A stretch of 63,700 bases of DNA, from NCBI GenBank assembly GCA_051294375.1, contig CM119265.1:19395942-19459641 (forward strand), given 5' to 3'. Below the pieces are notes generated by a model. It saw only the letters and a list, made by a program, of their open reading frames with translations, ran no database searches and had not been told where the DNA came from. Positions 38,367 to 52,833 of the stretch are shown here, in pieces; the first letter of the stretch is position 1; every line of letters begins with the position of its first letter. The position numbers and the translations under genes were made by a program. This DNA is from Paraspadella gotoi. Taxonomy: Eukaryota; Animalia; Chaetognatha.

Positions 38367-41300
38367 TTAATAAGAACGAATAGCCGGAGGAATATGGCGA
38401 CATTCGGTCTCATCAAGCGTGTTATCAATAACAGGACGATAGTCAAGGGTGACGACACCGGTATCTTCTTTGAAATACGAGAGCGTGTGCTTACGCCAAT
38501 GATCCGTCATTGGTTTTTTCTTCTGCAAAGTTTGTAATGAAAATTTTTTATTGGCTGCGCAACAAGCTTGCAACATGCTACCAATTTAAAACAAATACGT
38601 TGAAAACATATCAAACCTGATCCTCCAGTGGTTTAGAATAGTCGTACTCGTCAATTCGATGTGGACAATCTTCTCGAGCATGCGCCCCACGACTCTCGGT
38701 CCTTGCCTACAGGAGAAAATAAAAATAACGGTTGTCAAAACTCCGAACGGCTCATCAAACTCACCGCGGCCGAGACGACTTTCTGCATAGCAACAGAAAG
38801 CAGGTTTTGCAGTTCCAGAGTTTCGATAAGATCCGAGTTCCAAACGACCCCGCGATCAGACGTCTTTACATCCTTGATCATCTCGTAAACATCGGTCATC
38901 TTTTCGACCCCCTTTTGAGATAGATACGAAGCTTTTTACGTACTAAATAAAGTTAATTTTTGCGGTCAACAACGAAACCTGCTGCAACGTCGGCCCGTCT
39001 CGGAATACTGCAGCGTAGGTTTGCATAGTTTTCTGCATGGTGAGTCGAATATCAGCCGTAGTGCAGTGACCTTTGGCGAACCTGAAGTGGTCGAGCTTAG
39101 CTACAGTAGCTTCGCCTGCGTCATCTCCAACATCAGGAATTATGTCGCCTGGCCGATTTTCCTTTGTGATGGTGTGAGCGCAGGCGCGACCGAACACCAC
39201 CAGATCAAGGAGCGAGTTGGCGCCCAGTCGGTTAGCACCGTGAACCGAGGCGCAGGCGGCCTCACCGCAAGCATAGAGACCGGGAATCACATGGTCTTTT
39301 CCCTTCTTGTGGGTAATGACCTTAGTAGAATAGGAGATTAGATGAATGTTAATTTTTTTGGTCAAAATCGCGCAGAGTTCTTACTTGTCCCTTGTAGTTT
39401 GTCGGAATTCCACCCATGTCGTAATGAACTGTGGGGAGGACAGGAATCGGGTCACGGGTGACGTCAACGCCGGCAAAAATCATCGCCGTCTGGAACGAAA
39501 AAAAGCTTTTGTATTGCATTTCGAATAATTTGAATACATACTTCTTTTTCAATAATAAAACCTCGGAAATTCCGGGAAGTCGTTCGCGAAGAATTTCTGG
39601 CGGAAGATGGTGCAATTGTAAATAAACGTGATCCTACGACAAAAAGTATAATGCGGTCGCTAGCCACGGTACTAATTCGAAAGCCTTAATTTCGATCCTA
39701 ACTTTCTCCGGCCCGACGCCCCGCCCTTCGCGGATCTCTATTGTGGAAGCGCGCGAGACGACATCCCTGGACGCCAAGTCTTTAGCAACAGGAGCGTACC
39801 GTTCCATGTAGCGTTCGCCCTCTGAATTTATAAGAATGCCACCCTCACCGCGGCATCCCTCGGTAATTAGGCAACCGGCGCCGTAGATGCCTGCGAGAGT
39901 GAAAGAGTCGTAATATAGATTAAACAGTAAGGATAAATTTTGCAAAGTGCCACCGACCCGTGGGATGAAACTGGATGAATTCGAGATCTTCGTTGGGGAG
40001 TCCAGCGCGCGAAACCATAGCGGAGCCGTCGCCGGTGCAAGTGTGAGCTGAAGTGCAGGAAAAGTAAGTTCTGCCGCCGCCCCCCGTCGCCATCACCGTA
40101 TTTTTTGCTTTGAATCTAAAAGTTAGCAAAACAACAGGGTTCGTCACTTGAAAAGGTCCATTTGAAAAGACCCGGACCTGAAAAAATTTTGTGAGGGTCT
40201 TTTCTAAAATGATTTTTAAAAAATTGTCTTATTATTTTATTATATTTTCGAAACTGAACTATTTTTTAAAAATTATACCAGAATTAATTCTATAAAAAAT
40301 TTTTTTTGACTAATTAGATATTTTTTATTAATTTGAAATGTACTTGTGCTTCATAGGTTAATTATCTGATAAAAAAATTATGAATAAAATTAAAAACACT
40401 ATTAGCACATAGAATTATAAATAAAAATACTTTTATATTTTATAACCTTTATTACATTTAACCTACTTTAAAATCTATATAGTGTGCGCATTTTTAAAAC
40501 ATCCAAAATTTGAAAAGACCCTGGACAAGCCAGTTTTTTTGAAAAGGTCAATTTAGGCATTTTCATAATTTGGACCAACCTATGAATGGTTCCGTCTTCC
40601 AAATTCATTGCGATAACACCCTTGCATCGTCCCGACTCAATGATAAGGTCGAGGGCGAAGAACTCGATGAAGTAGTTGGTGTCGTATCGTAGGGATTGAC
40701 CGTAGAGCGTGTGCAGCATAGAGTGACCTGTTCGGTCGGCCACAGCGCAGCAGCGGTGAGCTTGACCGCCCTTGCCGTACTTGAGACTTTGCCCACCAAA
40801 GGCCCGCTGATAGATCTTGCCCTCCTTCGTTCGACTGAAAGGCATTCCAAAGTTCTCCAATTCTATGACGGAGGCAGGGGCCTCTCGCGTCATGTAGTGG
40901 ATGGCATCCTGGTCACCCAGCCAGTCAGAGCCTTTGACGGTGTCATACATATGCCATCTGAAGGATGTAAATGGATTAAGGACTTAAAACATTAAAGAAA
41001 ATTTCCCCTTTAAATCGCCTTACTTCCAGTCGTCCTCCTCCATGTTGCCAAGGGCAGCGTTGATGCCTCCCTGCGCGGCTACGGTGTGTGATCTTGTAGG
41101 AAATAATTTTGAGACGCAAGCCACTTTAAAGCCCTCCATGGCCAGGCCGAAAGCGGCTCGCAGACCGGCGCCGCCCGCTCCGACAACAACGGCGTCATAT
41201 TTGTGGTCGACGACGGGGTAGTCCCTCGACAAGAGAGCCTTTCTAGGATTGTCGCTGTTCTTGCTTTTTCCCTCAACGGTGAAGTGAAATCCTCGGCAAG

Positions 41301-41376
41301 ATGCGGTCGAGCTGGTAGAAGCTGCTTGGCAAGAACGTTCTGCCAACAACTTCGTGAGTTTCCCAAACGAAGCCAT
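38367..41376 (-). CDS. SDHA: Succinate dehydrogenase flavoprotein subunit, mitochondrial
   Basis: [32 protein letters not shown] (FAD histidine), [33 protein letters not shown]-terminal IPPAIRSY*; N-terminal presequence-like segment. Confidence 0.98.
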
Positions 41377-41563
41377 CTCAAAATTTTATATTTTATCTAA
41401 CTCCCGACTAAAAACAATAACAGGAAAATCTTCGTTATTCTTTTTTGTTACGTGTTTATCGATAAAATGTTGAAAATAATAGTTCTTTACCGATCAACAT
41501 TTAAAAACGTCAAAAATAAAAGTTGAACAATTGTAAACCAAAAAAAATGTTAAAAATATTTGT

Positions 41564-44328
41564 TCAGGTCGGACTGTTTTCATTCGTTTCCCCAACAATA
41601 AGTTTCCCATTTCTTAATTTAAAACAAAACATTAGCTTTTCTCCTGTAATCACTCTCCTTTCTTGGGGCGGAAAAACTGCCGATTGCTTCCAATGGGATT
41701 TAGAATTTTTCGTATCAAAAGTGTCGCTGAAGATTCCTTCAGAAAGAACCAGACGAAACCAAACCGCGATGGCGTTCAACGTCCCTTCGTTTATACACTC
41801 GAGGTTAACAACGTATTTATTCGTCGACAAATTCTTTTGCATATCAATCGTCATCGCTTCGACCTCTTTGGTTAGGTACCTCAAATCGCCAACGCGATTT
41901 AAATCAAGGTCGGCATGAGTATCATTTTGAAATAAATTTATCCAAGGCGCCACGCGAAAGCCGAGCGTTGCAGACCCCTCGCCGTCTTCATCTTTCAAAA
42001 CTCTGCTTGCCGAGACGATCTCCGAGGATTGCAAACCGGTGACGACAATCTCGATCTTGGCTGGAATGAAGTTGGTGCGGTAGTCAACTAGGCCCGCTTT
42101 GAAAAGAGTTGGGAGATACTGGAAGAGTTCGTTCTGCAGCAAACCCACTTTATCGATGACGTCAGAAATTATGAGATCAAAGGCGTTCGCGTCGCAACGC
42201 AACAACTCATCTCGTCGAAGAAAGCGCACGTCGAGGACGTGCCCGACGTCCGAGCGACGATGATCAATAACGCGACGGACTGCCTCTCTCTTTGATTCGT
42301 CTTCCTCAACGATGACGAGATTCACTTTGATATCGGGGCGAATCTTCACGACGCCGACCAAAGCCTCGAGGCAGTAAATCGGCAACGTTTCCGCCATTTC
42401 GAAGACGCGGACGAAGGAAGCCTGGGCGGTTGAGTTCGAAACTAAAGATCGTTTTTCCTCGGCAATTTTAAGCAAGTTGTCTGCGACGGCTTTGGTGATC
42501 CCAGCAATAAAAAATGTATTGTTTAGTGCTGCGACGCAAAATGAGTCCACCACAACGGGAGAAGGTGAGATTTCTGAACCGTTCTCTTCACTGGGTGTCC
42601 ATATATTTGTCGCCGAAGAAGCGTCAAATCCAACGAGACGTAGATAATCGTCCTTTAACTGAAACCGGAGCCGTAAATCGTCAGATTCCCGAAAACTCAG
42701 AGAACAAAAATTTGGTCCGATCGGGCAATAGACGGCTTGTTCCCAGCAGCCCTCTTCCATTGTCGACGAACCAATTCTCGGTTCGGTGCTTATGGAAAAC
42801 GTCTCTTTTGAGGTTTTTTTGTCCTCATCTATGAGCGCCGCGTCGAACCATAGTGCCACGCCGTCAAAAATGCCCTCTTTTTGGACGAGTAGCGTGGCGT
42901 CGAAAAAGGTCTCGCCATTTCTCAACGATAAAACGTCCAGTTTCTGATTCAAATTGATTTCGGTCAGAAACTGTTTTTCCGTGAGAAACTGACAGACGTC
43001 TTCGCGTAACCTAGTTGTGGTGTATGGCTCCAGTCTTCTCGCCATTTCAGAATCTGGGAATGTGCCCTCGGAGAAGCTTGCCAAAGTCGAAACGAATTTA
43101 AGATCGCCGCTTTTGCCTACGAGATCGTCGCTCGACCCGTGATTTCCAAGATGAGCCAATATTCTGCTACGGAGAGCGGGGGATTCGAAGCCGCGAACGA
43201 AAATCTTTATCGAGGCTGGAATGACGCGCGGCAGTCGGGGATGAATTCCTTCAAGGCTCTCGTCGTCCTTCAGCAGCCTCTCCCACGCGTCGCCTATGCT
43301 GGATATGACGCCCTCGCCGAAGACGCCGCTGTCTAGGATCTCGGCAACGACCAAGTCGAATTTTTCCTCCATTCGTGGCGTCGACGGCGTGGATCCCGTG
43401 GAGACTCCCATGGCACTCGAGTGCGAGTTGATTAGAGTCACTGAAGATGTAAAAATTTATATTGAGAGTAAATGAAAAAATCCCGTCTCTTCGTACCTTT
43501 TTTTACGTTGTTTTCAGCCAACACTTGTTCTGCAACGGAATGCATTGTGGAATCCATTTCGCATGCGGTCACATGACATCCCTCTCGGGCTGACACCATG
43601 GCGAAAAGACCGGTGCCGGTTCCGATATCCAAAATCCTGGTAGGACGCTAATAAAAGTTAAACGAGTCGGTCTAATCAGATCCACGAATAGCTTTTAATA
43701 AAAAAAAAAATATGGTGCAGACCTGGATGAAGTCGCGATCGCCACTGCTCCACTTTCTCCATCTTTCGGCTGCCTCGATTATGGCCGCCTCGAAGGCCTC
43801 GTTGCGTTGTCGGTCGTTGAGCATGGCAAAGTGCCATCGGGGAACCAACGCGCCCAGCAAGGTGCGGAGGCCATCGACGGCGTCGTCGATTCCTAGTGGA
43901 AGTCGGCACCGATCAGACGCTAGATTGGATGCAGCCTTAATTCTTTCGCGTCGAACGGCGTCAACGAAACAAGAAGCCGCTTCTTTGGTCATCTCCATTC
44001 TCGCCAAGAGGTTGGCCGTTCGTATTCCGACCCCCGGATAATCCTCGCCTACTACGGCTCCCGCCTCCTCGATGACCGCGAAGAGGCTGTCGTAAGAACT
44101 CTTTTCCATCAAACGTTCCGTCCACGTCGAGAAGGCCTCCACCACTTCCCCTTCCAAAGCGTCGAGAATTTCTTGGTAATCCGACGTCGACTCCGGATCC
44201 GTCTCGGCGGCCGTCTTAAAAAGTTGAACCGAAAGAAGATAAAAGGCAAAAGACTTTCCCGGTGCCCTTTGGCGTCGGGCGGCCGTCAAGGCCTCCGCCG
44301 CCGAGGAGGCCGCGGCAGAACAATCCAT
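41564..44328 (-). CDS. PRMT9: Protein arginine methyltransferase 9-like (N-terminal TPR-like region, duplicated MTase fold), 3 exons
   Basis: VPRWHFAMLNDRQRNEAFEAAI; LDIGTGTGL; ACEMD; DLVVAEILDSGVFGEG; EPYTT; CWEQAVY; SHWKQSA. Confidence 0.88.
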
Positions 44329-45115
44329 ATTAAAAGAAAATTTTAGTAGGTAGAATTAAAAAACATTTATTTCTGTAAAGGAAAAGAGAAAAACAACAAG
44401 AATTAAAAATATTCGAGTTATTGGAAGCGCAAATCTCCTTATAGACCGGGACCGTTGTACGGCCTAACAACTTTTTCCTCGCATTTATCGACATCTTTCC
44501 TAAAATAAATCTTGACACATCAACGACACTTTTGATACTAATATTAATATTATGGAATAATAAAACTCCTTTATACAATTGTTGTACATTTCATTCTCGC
44601 GAACATAAAATATTGTTGTCTTTCTTTATTTCTTCCAGAAGAAAAAAGTTATTGCCAGTTGTTAAATAGGAAGATGAACGAGGAAAAATAATAAGCAAAT
44701 AACATTAGGAGAGAGATCGTGAGTAATGGTTTCAAGAATTAAATGCTAGTTTATTGTTTTTAAGAAGAAAGTTCTATACTTTTTACCGAAAGAGGTAAAG
44801 AATAAAAGGCGCAATCTCTAATGAGAATTAATTTAATAGCATGTAATAATTGAGGGGTGTTTTTTTTCTGAAAAGAAAACAGAGCGAACAAATAATTGCG
44901 GGAATGGTTGCAAAAATATCTTATGTCAACAATAAACGTGAAAAAAAAGGAAAATAAAAAAGAAAAAGAGATCAGGGGACAGGTTAGTTTTTGTGACTAT
45001 TCAAGTCAAATTATGATTTATGAATCAGTTTATCTCGTATTACAAGGTGAGTTCCTGAGATTACGAAACCAGCCCTTAGCAAGGGCCTTGCTCCCCTTCT
45101 TCCTCATTTAGCTAT

Positions 45116-45194
45116 CAATTACATCCGGATGACGTTGCCGGATCCGGATCGTCTGCTCGTGTTTGCATCGAATACGCGATCCAATTACATCCGG
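45116..45194. promoter_or_regulatory. Likely core of a bidirectional PRMT9/TAF8 promoter with duplicated CAATTACATCCGG (ETS-like) sites
   Basis: 13-mer at 45116 and 45182, further CCGGA motifs, in a CpG-rich patch between divergent genes. Confidence 0.4.
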
Positions 45195-45701
45195 CTCCTC
45201 GCGGATAAAACAGGATTCGAGTAGAAAAAATCGAGAGAAGACGAGAGCGAAAATGTCAGCGCGCAGCGTGGGACGGCCGTGTTGGCACTCCCATCAAAGC
45301 CGTCAGGCCAAATTACGTCCCAATGTCGTCCAGTAGTGGTTCTAATATATATATATATTATATATATGTATAAATGATTTGTTATTTATTGTTAACCGTG
45401 CTCAATTTTATGTAGAAAAATCGCTAAAAAATGTCATCGCTTTGGACACTTATTTATGATTGATTTGATGTCATTTGGATTTACTTGTATTTTTTCCCCA
45501 TTTTTTATGCTTAGGCCGATTGGTCTTTTGTGAAAAAAAAATTTTTATCGTAATTTCGTGATTTTTTAAGTTTAGGAAAGTTCGATAATAGATCGCCAAA
45601 GCTTTTTTATTTATTTTTTTCCATAATGTTTCAACTAGAAAATTATCTCTCCCCTCTTTCTTCTTTTTTAGATTAGAAAGGGAACTGATAATCATATTGA
45701 A

Positions 45702-46625
45702 ATGGAGCCGAATCCCTTGATCCTCGCTCACCGGAAGTCCCTCCGTATGGCCATTGCGTCAACTTGCGCAGACTGTGGTTTCTCAACCGTCGGTGAATCT
45801 GCGATGGAAACCCTTGTAGAAATGACTATTAGTTATTTGCACGAGTTGGCGCGAAGCTCGCGCGCCCTTTCCGAGTTGGCCGGAAGAACACGACCCATGG
45901 TGACCGACGTTTCCCTGGCGTTGGTGGAAATGGGCTGCGATTTGACGTCACTCCCAGGATTTCTTCGCCAGCGCCGCCACAAACTCGCGCCGCTGACGTC
46001 GCCGACGCCGTCGACAGAGCCGAACAAACCCAAAACACTACGCGTCGGCGCTTCCAAAACATCCCTTCCCGCTTACATTCCAGAATACATGCCACCCTTT
46101 CCTGATTCTCACTGTTTCATTCGGACGCCTACCCACAAGCCGCCCGTCAACGAGTACCAGGAAGTGCGGGAAAAAAACGCCTCGCAGAAGCGGGACGTCG
46201 AGCGAGCCCTCACTAAGTTCATCGCCAAAACGTCGTCGACGGTTTCATTGTTCGCTGTCAAGGGAATACGCGGGGACGATGTCGATAACGAAGAGGCGGG
46301 AAAAAGCCTTCAACGCGAAATGGGCTCTAACGAAGACGCGACCGAGGCGGCGACAGAAGCTGTAGCCACCGCCGGATCCGTCGCTTGTTCCTCCTCTCAC
46401 GTCTTCAACTCCTTTCCGCTGATCGACAACCTCGCCCGTAAACGTCCATACGAAGAAGCCCTCCTGGCCAAAGACCACGAGATGCCCTCTGGCGGGTATG
46501 ACGTCAAGACGTCGCCCGGACTTGAAGCCGGCGCCGCTAAAGAAGCCCGATCCGCCGAGGAAGAAGTGGATAATCCTTACGTTCGTTCGGCCAAGATGCC
46601 GATGTTAGAGCGGAAGAGGAGATAG
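45702..46625 (+). CDS. TAF8: TFIID subunit 8 (single coding exon)
   Basis: Histone-fold (GFSTVGESAMETLVEM..ELAGRT), YMPPFPDSHCFIRTPT, REKNASQKRDVERALTKFIAKT, DNPY, C-terminal basic NLS. Confidence 0.95.
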   Translation: MEPNPLILAHRKSLRMAIASTCADCGFSTVGESAMETLVEMTISYLHELARSSRALSELAGRTRPMVTDVSLALVEMGCDLTSLPGFLRQRRHKLAPLTSPTPSTEPNKPKTLRVGASKTSLPAYIPEYMPPFPDSHCFIRTPTHKPPVNEYQEVREKNASQKRDVERALTKFIAKTSSTVSLFAVKGIRGDDVDNEEAGKSLQREMGSNEDATEAATEAVATAGSVACSSSHVFNSFPLIDNLARKRPYEEALLAKDHEMPSGGYDVKTSPGLEAGAAKEARSAEEEVDNPYVRSAKMPMLERKRR

Positions 46626-46893
46626 TCTTCTTTTTTTTTTTCATCCGCCGTTAAAAGAACCCAATCCTCAATCCGGCGGAAAAGGAGAAGACGTCTCTTT
46701 CTCAGACTCAGGTTATTTTTTTTATGTTATAAATTTTGATGTACGTTTAATACATGGTTTTTTTTAATTTCGTTTATCTTGCCTATTACTTTTCCACTAT
46801 TTTGTAAGTTAATTCCTATTCTAATAATTATTGTCACGTTTGTATTTTTCTTCAGAGCTGTAAATCATTTTGTCCTAGAAAAAAATAATAACA

Positions 46894-49800
46894 ATGGCTG
46901 CGCCACCGCCCAACCCTTACATTCCCCCAAACTCTCACCCCGGACCTTATCCTGTGTCACCCTACGGAACGTATCCGGTTGCACCATCGACAACGTCGCC
47001 GCCAACATCAAACGGAGCCATGTATCCGCAACAGCCTCCTAAAATGGGCCAACCCTACGTACCGACGCAACCGAAGGCGCCACTGCCGCCTCCTCCTATG
47101 TCGTCGGCAATTGTCAATGGCGGAAATTTTCCGCCGCTCCCTTCTAACAGCGCCACCCACACTCCCGTGCCTTCCGGATATCCTGCGCCTCCGACGTCGT
47201 CTGCCGGATATCAAAACATGACAGCGTATCCTCCATCAATGCAACCCCCTCCTCCGACTCAACATCCTAGCACGCAAACGCAACCGCCCTACTCGAACCA
47301 CAATCAAAGTCAAAGTTTTCCTCCCAATTCTTACGCGGCACCGGGTCAACCGCCCATGCCACCACTGACTGCCAATTCCATGTCGCCACAACGACGGTCT
47401 CCGGGGCCGACTTACCAACCGCCTCCTCGCGGGGGCTCCCAACCACCGGCCGGGTACCCACAAATGGTGCAAAATTTCGGAAACATGGGCATCGCGCCTC
47501 CAGAGCAGCCGTCTTCGGTCGTCAATTTGCTTCAAAATCGTCGCGTATTGCCGCAAAAGCCGGTGGAGCCGCCTGTGCCAAAATTGAATAGAGAGTATCA
47601 AAGAAACAACGCCCACCCCGATCTGTTTCGCTGCACTCTCACCAACTTACCGCAGACGCAAGCGTTGTTAAACAAATCGAGATTACCGCTGGGCATCCTG
47701 TTGCACCCCTTCAAGGACATGGACGATTTGGTCGTTCTTCAGCCCAACACAATCGTCAGGTGTCGCTCTTGTCGGACTTATATCAACCCTTTCGTCAGTT
47801 TCATCGACAACAGGCGATGGCGTTGCAACCTGTGCTTTCGGACCAACGACTTGCCGGAGGAGTTCAACATTTGCCCCACGACGCGGACTTATGGGTCACC
47901 GAATCGGCGACCGGAAGTCAACAACTCCACTGTCGAGTACATCGCCCCCTCCGAGTACATGCTCCGCCCGCCCCAGCCGGCCGTATATCTCTTCCTATTC
48001 GACGTAAGCTACACGGCCATGGATTGCGGCTACCTGCAGCTAGTCACTGAAGTGCTGCGGGAAAAGCTTGAGCATCTTCCCGGAGATGAGCGGACCCAGA
48101 TTGGCTTTATCACCTACAACTCGTCCGTTCACTTTTACAACCTGGCTGAGGGTCTTTCGCAACCGCAAATGCTAGTTGTGTCGGACCTGGACGACGTGTT
48201 CCTGCCCACTCCAGATTCGCTGCTTGTCAACCTTCGCGACTCCCAAGAGCTAGTGACGGACTTGTTGGAAAACCTTCCATCGATGTTTGCCGTGAGCGGC
48301 GAAAAAGGCTCGCCCACTAACACGGACAGTCACAGCGCCTTAGGAGCGGCTTTGCAGGTGATTGAAAATGACTTTTTTTCGTTTTTCTTACAAAAGAAAA
48401 AGTTGTACCGAATACTGAACTAAAACAATTTTCATCAGGCCGCTCACAAAATGGTTGGTCCAACTGGTGGGCGCGTAACAGTTTTCCAGTGCGTCCTTCC
48501 GCAAAAAGGCCCTGGAAGCCTTGAGTCTCGTGAGGACCCGAACGCCCGGGCTGGAAAAGACGTTCAGCACCTCAACCCCTCCACTGACTTCTACAAATCA
48601 CTTTCACTCGAATTCTCCGCTCAACAAGTCGCCGTAGACCTTTTCGTATTATCGGGTTAGTTCAAAACTGGTGCACGTAAAAGTTATGGTAAATATAAAT
48701 ATTCCCCTTTCAACGCTCAAAGGTCAATACGCTGACGTCGCTTCGCTTTCGTGCGTCTCGAAATTTTCGGGTGGCGAAGTTAAGTTTTATCCAGCGTTTC
48801 ACTTGGAGCGAAACCCTGCCGAGGCCGAGCGTTTGGAGATCGACCTGGAACGATACCTCACGCGCAAGATCGGCTTTGAGGCAGTCATGCGTGTACGATG
48901 TACACGTGGACTAAGCATTCACACGTTTCATGGAAACTTTTTTGTAAGGTATTTAAATCATTTTGCTTGGAAGTGAAACTGAATAGAAGTTGCCCACATG
49001 TTATGAGGCAATAATATTTTTTTTCAGATCGACTGACCTCCTTGCACTGCCAAACGTCAATCCCGATGCCTCTTATGCGATGCAAATTTCGATAGAGGAC
49101 GATATGACTTCCTTGTCCGTTGCCTGTTTCCAGGCGAGTACGGAAGATCCCATATTGAGCCTATTTTATTTTTGATGATATAATTCGTGGCTTTTTATTA
49201 GGCCGCTCTTTTATACACATCATCCGCTGGAGAAAGGAAGATTCGCGTTCATACGTTGTGCCTACCGATTACGACCTCGCTGAATGACGTTTATATAGGT
49301 TCGGCTAAGTTTTAGTTTGATTTTAAATTTTTATATTTTTGTTAAAGTCGCAATTTTTTTCGGCCAGGCGCTGACCCTCAAGCCATTACCGCTCTTGTGG
49401 CTCGCATGGGCGTCGACAAGAGTCTCCAAAACTCCCTCGGAGACGCTCGGGACGCCTTCACTAACGTTTGCGTCGATTACCTGAGTGCCTTTTCTAGCAC
49501 GCTCTCAGACTCGCAGGTAATTTTTTTTTCCTAAAAAATTTATGATAGATTTATAAATATTATAGGGCAATAACGAAAAAATTAATGCTGACTGTCCTGC
49601 AGAAAATCGGCGGTTTGCACACTTTGGCGTCGATGAAGCTTTTGCCATTGTACATGCTGGCTTTGCTCAAGTCACCCGCGTTTCGTATCGGAACTCCCAC
49701 GAGGTTGGATCAACGGGCTTTTGATATGGGAAGTAAGTAGTTCTCGTCCCTCTTTGGTTGCAGTAACCCTATCAGTTTTCCCTTGATCATAAACAATATT

Positions 49801-50601
49801 TTAATTATGATCTACCCAGACTTGAAGACGCTGCCTTTGGAGTACCTTATGCTTTCGATTCATCCGACACTCTATCCTGTCCACAATCTCGAAGATTACG
49901 AGGTCGAACCAGAAAAGAGTGGCGACGAGCCTGAGGGCGATAATACGGGCCCTGAACCGCCGGACCCGCCAATACTGCAATTATCGTCAGAGCATATTGA
50001 TCGGCACGGCATTTACTTAATGGATGCCGGAACTGTCCTCTATTTGTGGGTAGGACGTGCCGTTTCCGATGCTCATTGTAAACAGGTTAGAAGTTTGCAC
50101 ATAAAACAACGCTTTAATTACATATTCTTTTACTCTATTTTCTATTACGTCTATTTTCTCTTTCTCATTTTCTTTCCCTTTCTATCTATCTTCCTTCCGC
50201 CTTTCTAAATCTTCAAATAACTGTTTTTTCCCTTGCCTATTTTTATCTTTTGCCTCTTTCCGTCAGATTTTCAATGTAGACCAATATTCGCTAATTCCCG
50301 ACGGTTTGACATCACTTCCCGAACTTGAAAATCCGACTTCTGCAAGAATAAATCTTTTTATCGATTTCTTACGAGGCCTACGTCCTTTTCACGCGACGCT
50401 GCAGGTATTTGTCGATGATTAGAATGTGAATAAATTGTTTATGATTTTATTATTATCAGCACGTTTTTAAATTTTATTTAGGTCATTCGGGAAGACGGAC
50501 GAAATAGACAGTTGTTTTTGCATTATTTGATTGAAGATAGAACAGAAAGCACACTGTCGTACTACGAATTTTTGCAATTCTTGCAAAAAGGAATGAAATG
50601 A
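46894..50601 (+). CDS. SEC24: COPII coat protein SEC24A/B-like, 9 exons
   Basis: Pro/Gln-rich N-terminus; zinc finger RCRSCRTYINPF..WRCNLC; YMLRPPQPAVYLFLFDVS; TRKIGFEAVMRVRCTRG; LIEDRTESTLSYYEFL. Confidence 0.96.
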
Positions 50602-51390
50602 GTTTTTTACCATTGTTTTAAATATTTTTTAAAGTTTACGGTTCGCTTTGATGAAAGTTTCACGCGCACCGGGTTTTTGTACAATGTGTAAATTGGTCAG
50701 TTTAAAGCGGATGAAATGAATATACTCCTAAAGTAATTTAAAGAATTGGGCAATACTTTATTACCTATTAAAACACTGATCATGGTAAAGACCATTGCCG
50801 AATATTTGAGCTGTCTGTAATCCAAACCGTACACTTAAGATTTCTACTCACAATACATCATTAAACCTTTACGCACGCTTTGACAAGATTCCTACTCCAA
50901 AGAGTGTTGGTTGTGGTGGTAAAAAAATACAAGTTTACTTTTATATTGCGATGAAAGGAAATTACAATTGTACGATAACTAAGTTTTAATTTCTGATAAA
51001 CAGATCATGCTTTTTGCGACAAACACTATATTGCAGGTTGGAGGAAATATCATGGTATCGCTTATCTAACTTCTGCAAGACGTAGACCATGGAATCCTAG
51101 TCAGACTCCAAAACTGTGACTATTAATGTTTCGTTTGATTGTAAATTGACGTAGAATTTTTAAAAATCCTTTAGTACATTATAGAATATAGATTATCATT
51201 TTGATTTAAGTCGGCCTTGGTTTTGTTAAGTTTTTGAAATATTTTGAAGTATATGATGCAGTGTTTGAATAATAGGAACTTTAAACTTGCTTCAGTGAAA
51301 TTCATTGCGAATTTCATACAAGAGACAGGTCTTCCGTCGTTCAGAAAAACCGTTTTTTATTCCACTTTTATACAAAAACCTGAGTCGGTC

Positions 51391-52472
<1,082 letters not shown>

Positions 52473-52833
52473 CTAAAGTCTAAGTGGGTTAATTTTACTT
52501 TCACCGATCATAAGGGTCATTTAGGGGTGGGTTTAGGGTTAGGTTAATTAGGTATTTTTAAGTGGTTTATAAAAATACGCCAAAATCCCGGTCGGCGAAA
52601 GTAAAATTTTACCGTCTATATTTTAATGCTCATTTTTGTCAGCGGCAACGACAATGAAAATAACAAAAACGACTTATTATGATCTCCACCGAGGTCAGTG
52701 TTCGACATTACTCTACTTCATATCTGCCTTATAAAACAATTTTTAATGAGTGATGAAATTTTTATAATTGTTAAATAAATACTGAAACCTTTTTATTTTT
52801 CTTATTAAGAAAATTTTGTTTAGCATCGTGACA

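Noticed and set aside
52520-52552. TTAGGG-like interstitial telomeric sequence
   Set aside because: Only 3-4 degenerate units; too short to support
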